A stretch of DNA of 64,000 bases, from assembly GCF_964355755.1 (NCBI RefSeq), contig NC_092677.1, positions 22,803,175 to 22,867,174 of the forward strand, given 5' to 3'. This DNA is from Antedon mediterranea (Eukaryota; Animalia; Echinodermata). The notes below the pieces were generated by a model that was given only the letters and a program-made list of their open reading frames with translations, did not search any database and was not told the DNA's origin. This document shows positions 41,301 through 53,300 of the stretch, in pieces (positions within the stretch are counted from its first letter, which is position 1; each line of letters opens with the position of its first letter). The translations under genes were made by a program, and so were the position numbers.

Positions 41301-44300
41301 ACATCATGTTTTTATTTGTTTTGCATGGGTGTTTCATTCATTCTTCTGTTACAGGTGTAGGTCAAAGGTTAACCATATACACATCAAGAAGAAACATTTA
41401 GGCCAAGAGATTAAATATGTAGTGACTGAGTCATCGATGTTTTCAAACCTCTATGAGCTTGTAACTCATTATCGAAAACATACTTTGAAGGCTCGTAATG
41501 GCATGACGATTTTACTAACTGAATCTGTTCCCCAACTTAAACACCAACATCACGAAAAAGAAGTGTAAGTTTGGACAAAACAAAATTCATCAAAATTTTA
41601 CCTTTAAGTGTAATTATTTTTTTATAAATAGGCCAAAAAATAGCCTTTAATAGTAAATTTCAGTTCTTAGAATTAAACAAAAATATTTGAATACTTTATC
41701 AAAATTGCTTTAGTTAAAATAAAATCCAAAAATTTTTGTCTTGCTTTTGCAAAAAATCAATAGTATTGCCATTCTTCCCACAAAAAAAAAAAAAGCATTT
41801 AAAACAATTTGTTTTTATTTATAAAATCAAATGCAGAAAAATGATGATCATTGCCATAAATTATCACCATTCTTAACATTACTGTCTTTATTTCTTATGA
41901 ATTCATTTTACTCTACTTATTGAAAAACTATACCACAATTCATGTTGCATTTTATTTCTGAACATAACAATATTTAATATTTACAAGCATAGAAATTGGC
42001 TTTTTCTTTCATACAACTTTTTTTATTTGTTATTTAACTATCTTGAGTTCAGTTATAATTTTTAGGATTAATTTTCCAGAAAAAGAGTAAGCATGATGTT
42101 TTTATGTTTTAACAACATAATCTTGTTTTTTGTCTTTGACATTGCATGTTTGTTTATTATTTTGTGTGTTAACAAATTTTGCATTATTATAACTCAAATA
42201 ATATTTTTGTATTTCTCTAACTAACATGAATGATCAAAGAAGTACTGCACTGTTTTGTAGAAAAAAATTGTTGAAATTTAAATGTGTCTTGCAGTGCAAA
42301 ATGTTGACATTTTTCGCGACTTCTACTTGTAAAATGTGTAAAAATTAAACCATTTTTTTTTTCAAATTAAAACTACTAATAAATCATCTATATGATAACT
42401 CAAAACATAGTCCTCTACCCTATAAGCCACATGACCAATACTAACCCTTTTCGAGCTGCGGAACTATTTATTTCCCATTTAACCATTCAGCTATGTAATA
42501 TGTACCTCCATCCAATCCAATCCAAAACGGCCTTTACTTATTGAACTACCATGTTTTTGTGCCAGTCCATTAGACGGGTTTTATGATATAGATATAATAT
42601 TAAAAATAAGAAATGTCAATATAAAGCATTGTTTGCTGCAGTACTTATTTGATCTTTCATGGCACATTCTTAGTATTTACTAACTTTGTTGTGTATATTG
42701 ACAGTTGAATGACATGAGTGCGTTTGAATCTTAGTAATGTAATAATGAAATATATAATACAAATATGTATGCAAAATGTACAAAAGCAGCACCTGTCACC
42801 AGGTATAAAGGTGGCAGATGCAGCCTGTGTTGTTCTACCCATACTGTACAAAAGCAGCACCTGTCACCAGGTATAAAGGTGGCAGATGCAGCCTGTGTTG
42901 TTCTATCCATACTGTAAAACCTCGAAAAAAAGCCCTGCCCTTTTTAGTATTCAAACTAAACTAAACTAAAGAGGAGGGCTTCTTTTCGAAATGAATGCCG
43001 TAAATTTTGTGAATTTCTACTAAAACATTACCTGCCAATGTTACATATTTGTGATCAAAATACCATATTAAACTGTCAAATGAATGTATGATATAAACTC
43101 GATCATATATTATATCTGCTTTAAGTTATCTGGCATTAAATCAACTTGTTCTTTTGAAATTCAATAAGTCTATCTCGAAAACAAGCCCATCGAGATTACT
43201 TTTGCAGTCCAAAGAGGCGACTTCATTTCGAGATGGGCTTCTTTTCGTGGTTTTACGGTATTTCTTGCCTAAACGTACATTCTATAAATTATTAATCAAA
43301 CCAAACAAGATTGGCATATGAAATAGATTATGTGTTCAACAAACTGTATGTGTGTGGTGTTATTCTACCTTGAATTTATTGTTGTGATTGTTTGAGTCAA
43401 GTGACCAAGTAGTGAAAGAGTCAGAGTACAGCAAACCAAAATGTAGGCACAGGTTTGAGGCACTCCTCAGCCATAGCAGGTTTGAGGCACTCCTCAGCCA
43501 AAGCAGGTTTGAGGCACTCCTCAGCCATAGCAGGTTTGAGGCACTCCTCAGCCATAGCAGGTTTGAGGCACTCCTCAGCCATAGCAGGTTTGAGGCACTC
43601 CTCAGCCATAGCAGGTTTGAGGCACTCCTCAGCCATAGTCCTTAGGCAAAACAAACATAAACTTGTTAAGCATCACAAATTTAAAGCTGCCTGTTTTATT
43701 TTTAATTTTTTTACAAAGTACCAAAAAACAACCAAAAATTAACATTTGATTATCCCAGCCCTGAAATTTATTCAGAGGTTGATGATTAACAAGTGTATTT
43801 TTTTATTTGGCCTTATGGCCTTAAAATTAGAGGTTGAGTGTACACATCTTGCTTGAGTGCACTTGAGAACCCAGTTCATCTTTTCAGAAATAGTGGGGAG
43901 TTACCCCAGTGTTACAGATGTCGGCCTGTTGTTAATCACTGCAGTGGCCTCTTGGTTATGGAAACCAAAAAGTTGGGATACAAATTTAGACTGAATGATT
44001 TTGATGAAGTTTTCCATATGACTTTACATTCATATAAAAGTAATTACTATAATATTTGCTTTTTTTTCTAGATGGTTTCATAACCGATTAACCAGACATG
44101 AAGCAGAGAATATGTTAAAACGTATACAAAAAGATGGTGCCTTCTTAGTTCGCAAACGATTTGATACCAATGATTCATATGCCATCTCATTCAGGTTAAT
44201 ATTAGTATGCTAAAAATTGTTATCTAATAATGTGTTTATCCCCATGGACTTAGGGGCGGCCTCAGTTTGTTATTACATGCAATCCACTGCATGTAACCGA

Positions 44301-47300
44301 TAACACCTGAAAATTGAAATGTGTATACCTGGTACTACTGGGTATAGGTAAAATAACTGTTTAAACATATTTAAATAATATTTATATTGCTTTATAACGA
44401 TGATTTAAAAGGGACTTTAGGCCCACCCCCTCCCCTAAAATCTAACTCTTTAAAATAATATAATAACTATTTATATTTTTCTGCAACCTGACGGGATCGT
44501 TTTTATCATTTAAAGCCGTCAAATGTGTATACCTGGTACTACTGGGTATAGGTAAAATAACTGTTTAAACATAATTATTTAAATAATATTTATATTTCCT
44601 TATAAAGATAAATTAAAAGGGACTTTAGGCCCCACCCTCCCCCTCCCTCCTAAAATTTAACTTTTTAAAATAAAATAATGACTATTTTTATTTTTCTGCA
44701 ACCTGACGGGATCGTTTTTATCATTTATGAAATATTTAGCCCCCCCTAATCTATAATGCTGGGTCCGCCCCTGATTAATACAATATTCAAAAGATATAAA
44801 ACTTGAACATTTGTGTCAAAATTATTACTTTTCAAAAATATACTTGACAAATTCTGTGGCGTTTATCTGTAAACTTTCAGAGCGGAGGGCAAAATTAAGC
44901 ATTGTCGTATCAAAGCGGAAGGCAGACTGTTTGTTATTGGTACTGCTCAGTTTGAAAGTTTGTCTGAGCTTGTATCCTACTATGAGAAGTACCCCCTCTA
45001 TAGGAAGATGAAGCTTAAATTGCCTGTGAATGACGCTGTTGTAGAACTTCATGGGCAGGTATGTGATTTGGAGGCTGCATTTCTTCTAATTTCAAGTGGT
45101 ATTTTTTTCTAATTTCAAGTGGTATTTTTTTCATACATATCCAACAGTAAGTCGCAAATTATATGATGGATGAACTTTATAATTTAACTTCAAGTCTCAC
45201 TTTAGGCTTAGGGGGTTGAGTTGAAAGAGTCATGAGTTACAACTCTGACCCTAGATCAGGATTGAACCCTGGAACTTGAGATTGGAAGGCAATCATGTTA
45301 ACCACCAAGTTACAGCTTCACTACTCAATGTTCACTGTTTGATTTTGAATTTGATTTGAATTTAATTGGAAAATCATCATAAAAAAATACATACAAAGTG
45401 ATAACATAAATCACGAACATTACAAATAATACATAAATAAAAGATTTTCCAGGATAGCCCAAAAAGCATATCAGCGTATTTCCATTGGGATCCTTTAACA
45501 ATCTGAAATATAAAATATAAACATTACAAAGTATTGCATTAAACATGTAAATATAACAAAAACAATAATATAGAAAACAAGTTTAATTAAAAGACTATGA
45601 TTGACTTATAGTTATTTGGTTGAAAAGAAATGTGATTTAACTTTAAATTAAATTTGTTTTCTATTTGCTGAATGGAATGAGGTAGGTTATTCCATGCCTT
45701 TATGCCTGTGTAATAAAACGTTTTAGATATTTGACTATCAGATTTAGGAACTGAAAAACCATTGACACTACTTCTAGTCATATAATGGTGGTTAGATGAA
45801 ACTCTTTTAAACTTTTCAGTCAAATAAGGTACTGATTTTCCATAAAAAATCTTATGAACATGATTAAGTTTGAGTTGGCAAATTCTATCCTCTAGACATA
45901 ATTGATCGATTTGGTTAAATAACTATACTGATACTAAACTGATTCATTTATTTATTTATTTATTGATAAGTGTGTCTATTCATAATAATGCTGTTTATTT
46001 TAATAAAAAAGATTTTAAAAAAAGATTTTAACTTTAGAAATATAATTAAACAAAATTTGTATTTGATAGAATGTTGACGGTGATGATTCTATTTATGGTC
46101 CTTCGGATCTGTATATTTCACCTAACTACATTGTACCAAAGGTAATGTATTGTACTCTACATTTATTCAATTTAATCATCTATTCTGGTTTTTTTATCAT
46201 CTTGAATAGATTGCCAATGCCACTCTGATCATGTAGCTTGGTTTTTGATCTCAGCCATAAAAAAAGAATGAAACCAATGAATGGAATGAAATAAACAATC
46301 ACACAAATGATAATGTTTTTTTTTTGATGTGTGATAAAAATTATACAAAGAAAATCTTGTTTTGTTTACTTGGAATCAGATAGCAATACTGTTTTTCAAT
46401 CTTATGTGTTTGCAGGTTGTTGTAAAGGCTCTGTACGACTACCGAGCTCAAAGAGATGATGAATTGTCCTTTTGTAAACATGCAATCATCACTAATGTAG
46501 ATAAACAGGATCACGGATGGTTAGTTGACTTTACTATAGCATCTTTGAGAGTGCGATATTGGTATATATATAAACCGCTTCTGATTGATTGATTTGATTG
46601 AAATTTATATTTATACTGGGTAACCTCTTCAGTCAAAGATTGGTCTCCCAGAGGGCCCAGTTGGTGATCAGTGGCTTTGATGTACTAATACACCGGGGTA
46701 ACCCCCTACTCGTCTCGAAAGATGTACTAGGTTCTTTAAAGTGCACACGAGCTAGATGTGTACACTGGACCTACGGTTTATAGTCCTTATCCGAGAAGAC
46801 TCGTTCTACCACCAGAACCATGGAGTGAGTGGGCCTCGAACCCCTGCCGATGTTATGGCTACGTAATTACGGTTCCACTGTCTTAACCGCTCGGCCACTC
46901 ACTCACTCTGGGCTTCTATGGAGGTCTACACTAGAAATCATTTGTAAAAATCTTACACTTACAATCTTACTCCCCTTGATTGGTGAGTTTCACCACATTT
47001 ATGGTAAAACTGTTGATCTGTGAAAAGCATGTCATAAGGTCATAGATGTGTTGCTGACTCGCAAAGGTGTTGGCAAGTTTTAGATGGCAAGCAGCAATTG
47101 AAAACTGCCATCTTATCTATTGGGAAAAGCTACTGGGATATTTACCCAGACATTATTATTATTGTAAAACCTACTACCAAAAAATGTCCAGGGTGAATGA
47201 GACTTTAATTACATCTTCTGAACTGTTAAATGGCTCCATCTTGTACTGAATTCTTTCACGTTGTATATTCTGCAGGTGGAAAGGTGATTATGGTGGCAAA

Positions 47301-50300
47301 AAAAATATGTGGTTTCCATCAAATTATGTAGAAGAAGTGACACCACCTGTAAGCGACACCAGTCCTGAATCAGGACTGCTAGGAGATCTACAAAAAGGAT
47401 CTATTGATTTGATACACTGTAGCTGTGGTAAGTTTAAGATTAAGTTTCATGAAGGAAAAATCTATTGGAGGTAAAGATCCGAGTATTCATTGTTTTACTT
47501 CAATGGAAAGTGTGGTTTAAGGCCAAGTTTTTTTGATATTTTATGGGCTTATCCAGGTGTGAGCTTATATCCACATGTGAGCTTAATCTAAGTGTGTAGT
47601 TATATCCAAGTGTGCAGTTATATCCAAGTGTGGACTTATATCTAAGTATGGGCTCTTATATCCAAGTGTGGGCTTATATCCAAGTGTGGGCTTATATCCA
47701 AGTGTGGGCTTATATCCAAGTGTGGGCTTATATCCAAGTGTGGGCTTATATCGATGTGTGCAGTTATATCCATGTGTGGGTTTATATCCAAGTGTAGGGT
47801 TATATCGAAGTGTGGACTTATATCTAAGTATGGGCTCTCATTTCCAAGTGTGGGCTTATATCTAAGTATGGGCTCTCATTTCCAAGTGTGGGGTTATATC
47901 CAAATGTAGGCTTATATTTATATTTAAGTACTGTGTGGGCTTATATCCACATGTGAGCTTAATCTAAGTGTGCAGTTATATCCAAGTGTGGGCTTATATC
48001 TAAGTATGGGCTTATATCCAAGTGTAGGCTTATATCCGTGGTTGGGCTTATATTCAAGTACTGTGTGGTCTTATATCCACATGTGAGCTTAATCTAAGTG
48101 TGCAGTTATATCAAAGTGTGGGCTTATATCTAAGTATGGGCTTATATTTAAGTATAGGCTTATATTTAAGTATGGACCAATATCCAAGCCTTATAACCAT
48201 GTTTGGGCTTATATTTAACACTGTGTGGGCTTATATCCATGTGTGAGCTTACAGTATATCAAAGTTACTACCAACTATGTGATTATATCCATGGGCTTAT
48301 AGTCTATAGAAGTGAGAAAAAAGAAAATCCTATTAGCTTAGATTAAAGATATCAGTTCAAATAATTGCTTTTCTTACTTTTTATTAAATAAATTAATAGT
48401 TTTTTGCAATAATATTTAATAAGTGAAAGGATAGATGCAATGCTACAAAAAACTAAAATATATTATTTAATTTGGTAAACATTTTTTTTTTCAGATATTA
48501 TTCCAGGAGGCAAGGGTATTCAACTATTCGTATTCTCAATCGTTTCACCAACTCTTCACCAAACACTAGAAATAGCTACACAATCTCGTTTTGAACTTGA
48601 TGATTGGGTTCAAACAATACGTAAAATATCGTACAGGGCGGGAGAACGGGTAAGTGAATAAATATTTTAATCTCCATATCAACATGTCTGATTGACGGCA
48701 GTATCACATTGAAACCTACTCCTCCCCTTCTATAAAATAACTCATTTCTCTTACATTAAAACCTACTCCTCGCCTTCTATAAAATAACTCATTTCTCTTG
48801 TCTGATTGACAGCAGTATCGCTCACATTGAAACCTACTCCTCTTCTATAAAATAACTCATTTCTCTTGAAAAATAGTCACCAACATTTATATTTTGTATG
48901 GCAAAGAGAACTGAAGACATTTTATTTTTAAGAATATTTTATTAAAGGAAAAATAAGTCAATATCCTGACATTTGGTTTAGAACAGAATTGGCAGAGTTG
49001 GTTGGTGTTATCCCAAGGCACTTTTTTCCACACAAAAGTTTTGCTCTGTACAAGTATGTAAATATCAGAGTAGCATTGCAGAGAGGATTTTCAATGTTCT
49101 GGTGTTGTGTCAGAGATTATTGTGGCTTTTGCATCAGTTTTTTATATCCAACATTAAATAAACAAATTATTGTTAATTTCTTATCATTTTCATCTTTATA
49201 ATTGATATATTCATTATATAGTGTTTCCAGAATTAAATCTGTAAAATATTAATATTACATGTTTGGTTAATTAATACAACTTTTTTTTAACCTAAATTAG
49301 GAAAGCATTATTTTTTTTTTAAACTCGAGTCCTCTGCGTACAAATGCCTTTGTTGTTAAAAGATAAAGGAACTTATTTTTTTTTAAATTGCTATAGACAA
49401 GGGATGCTCAAAAAAGAGAGCGACGACTAAGAATAGCTAAGGAGTTTTCAGATTTGATTGTATACTGTAGATCTGTGACATTCAGGGAGGATGGTAAGTA
49501 CCTATGTCAAGACGTAGTAATGTATAAACATAAAATATTACACATTTCAACTACATGCTTCTTGTGTCATGTGAGTGCAGTCAACTACAGAGCCCTCACT
49601 CTGTCCACGACAGTGGCTCTGTGTTAACTAACACAACTACTTAACCCCCTACTTGTCTCAAAAGTACTATGCTCTTTGACATGCATACAAGCATTCTGGC
49701 CATATGGTTTTGTGAATGTTAATAAATATATTTTACACCGATTGTTTAAATAATTGTTATCCTTTAAAATGTCTATATTCTTTTCAACTAGCTATTCCTG
49801 GAAAATATTATGAAATGTCATCATTTCCTGAAACTAAAGTAGAGCGTTTTCAGACAACATTAAGACGTTATAACATGACACAGTTAAGTCGAACTTACCC
49901 GAAAGGTCAACGTATTGACTCATCTAACTATGAGCCAACATTAATGTGGAATTGTGGGTGTCAGATGGTTTCTCTAAACTACCAAACACCAGGTATGTCT
50001 TAAGAAAACATGTTATGACAATATTAAAGAAAATAGTGATTAAGTACCCACATAAATGTACTTAAACCTGTAAAATAAAAAGAGATAAATTTGTCACTGT
50101 ATCAGTAAAGTTTGTATTTCTGCCGTTATCACGAACTCCCTTTAATTAAAAAATGCCTCTCTATCTAAAACAGTTTGTGTACGTGTCACAAACTCATTTT
50201 ACGTATGTTTCCGAACGGTTGAAAATACTTTAGGAACTCCCTTGTGACATAAAAGTATACACACAAAATCCACAAAGTTGTAAAACTCAAAAACAAAGCT

Positions 50301-53300
50301 TTAATTTCAATCAACTTCAACTTTCAACAATCCAGTAAGCACTTCAAACAAAACAGTTTCACAATAACTTTTACAATCTTATTTCAAAATATTATGCTTC
50401 AATCAAAAATTTTTCTCCCTTCTTACAATTGTTATATTTCCCCTTATATACAATATGTTCATAACCTTCTAGATCATTCCTTATACTTCTTATTCTATTG
50501 GATTACAGTTTCTATTAATAGCACTTCTGGAATGTTCCTGATTGTTCTTATATTAATTATACATGGTTTCTTAAATCAAAAAATCTTATTCCAGAATGTT
50601 CATGTAGATACTTAGATGTTACTGTATATGTTAAGGAATGGTAATTTATTACACCCTGTATTTTGATTTCACAATTATGTGATGATTTAAATTACATTTT
50701 TTTATAAACTAAGTAATTTAAAACCTTTAATAAAAATTAACCAAAGTATCAATATAGTGTAAATTATTTGGTTTCTTAGTCTATTTCGTAGTTTATTTTA
50801 CATCAACATTTTCATTTTTACACTTGTGCTTAACAGCGCATAGAGACTATTTGTATTTTGCGCTATATAAATTTAAACCATTATCAAAGTGGTCACATCC
50901 AATCACGATTATGATACACTAGTCATATATGATTAATTAATCTATTTGTTGTTTATTGGAATATTACACAAAGTTTCTAGTCAATCAAAAAGGAGTGGAG
51001 TCTTACCAATTACCAGATGTTGCCACACAATTTATATACAGTACTTGTATGCTCCAATTGAACCTTGAGTTGTTCAAATCAATTCATTTCTTGATCCAAA
51101 AAAAAACAGTAACCAAAATATGAAAGTTTATGGACAAATTTTTCTTATAAAAATATTATAATGAATGATAACAATTTGACTTGACAGATCGGCCAATGCA
51201 GCTGAATGAGGGCTTGTTTCAGATGAATGGACGATGTGGCTATCTTTTACAACCAGAGAGTATGCGAAGTGAAAACTATGATCCTATAGACAAGAGAACA
51301 CTTCAGGGTGTAGATGCTATCCATTTAACTGTTGATGTAAGTTAATTAACTTGTACATAATTATGTATATGCTATAAATATATACATCCAAAGGCAAAAT
51401 ACTGAAAAAATGACAATGCTGTGGGTATCATCAGTGGCTGGATCTCAATGGATATACAAATAAAAAGGCGAAAAAGCTAAATCAAATCTTACATATTTTT
51501 TCTTTAATGGAATTCATTCCAAATTCATTCCAATTCTGAATGAATTAATCAGTCAAAAACAATAAAATTAAAATAATGATTGGTATTGCAGTGTGTAAAG
51601 TATGTAAACACAACATTTTCTAATGTTTTATGTATATCTATTACTAGACAAAACATACCGTCCAGAAAGGTATTTGTGACCTATACTTACATTGCTTTAT
51701 ATGCCGCATCTTCTGTATCTTCAATTCATTGCTATTATACTTTACCCTTGTTGTTGCTACCCCTACATTTGTCACTAGGTCAGGTTAATTAAAAATATAA
51801 TGATTATGAAGTCAACAAGTACAATTAACTTAATGCAATAACATTTGATACATTTTCTCATTTCTGTATGATAATAATTTATTTATGAATGTTTTTTTTT
51901 TAGATTATTGGAGGTAGACATCTAAGGAAAGCAGGAAGAGGATTGATTAGCCCATTTATTGAAGTAGAGATAGTAGGGGCTGAATATGACAGTAGAAATA
52001 AATTCAAGACAGCAACAATTGGTACGTATACAGTAATTATATCAATTGATTATAGAGATAATTTAACAATATTCATAATATGCAATATGTAAGTTTTGTG
52101 AGACTTAAACCCACATTCTCCAGTATGTATTCACATTGATATTTTAATTACAATATTTTCAATCAATTAGTAATAGAACAACAAACTACCTAGTCTGGGT
52201 TCCAGACGAAGTTGTTTTGTCTTAATATTAGTAAAAAGATAAATATTTTGGCACATATGGCGTTTCATACGTATACTACTTGATTTTGGATACTCCGTCT
52301 GGGGAAACACGCACAAGTCACGTGGTTTGACACCAAGAATTCTTGGTGCATACGATTATCCGGTTGACTAGTTTCAGCTGCATGCGATTGGCTACTCACT
52401 CGTACACTGTTTTAATATTCATATTTTAGAATTTCAAAGACTCAACAACTAAGATGATGCGCATGCGCTATGTTACGTTTAGACAATGTGTACTTGGGTA
52501 CATTTATGAAAGTTTCTAAAGGCTAGAAATTATTTTATATGCCTAGTAGTCTGGTAAACATTTGATGGGATTTTTCCCAAGAACATGAAAACTCGTCTTG
52601 ATATGATAGGCTTCTAGCTTCTCCGCAAATCAAACATTGAATGGATCATTTATTACGCGGAGATAATTTTGATTTAATTCCCATCCATACCCTGTCCTGT
52701 TCTGTGTGGTGGTGTAGCCATGTTGTGTGCCGGTGGTGGTATGTATTGTAGGCCTACATTATTGGCGTTTTATTTGGCAGGTCATACGTGCGAATTGAGC
52801 AGGACCTACGAAAAAGGCCTAGGCCAAGGACTAAACAATTGGTAAACAACTTGGCATTACGATTTTATATTTCAACAGTCTCGATCGTACATTCAGCACT
52901 GCACGTACTCGATCTTTTTCATTTTGAAACAAAATGATCATTGGTTGATTCGAAATCCATATTTACATACCGCCCGCCCCATATAGCCAAATACGGTATG
53001 ATAACCTACGTCATTCTTATCGGATGTTTGCGGTCTGCAAATCGATTTCTATACGTGTTTCACAAGTCTGTATTTTCAGACAAAAATCGCGGTCGAAATA
53101 AAAACAAATAAATTTTTAAAAAAGACAATACAGACTTGGGGCAAGTCTACAAAGTACCTAGAGATGGACATATTGCGCATTCGGCTAAACTGGTGGTAGT
53201 CACTGTATTGTGCGCATGAAAACACCACTTTGGTCCACCATGATTCAAATCCTGGTATATGTATATGTATATTCTAACTGGTGTGTAGATTGGAATACAT

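Noticed and set aside
41355-41564. Exon 18B as part of a third complete SH2 domain, or as an assembly duplication
   Set aside because: No extra N-half (WFH/FLVR) exon lies between 18A and 18B, and the two copies are far too divergent to be haplotype or assembly duplicates.
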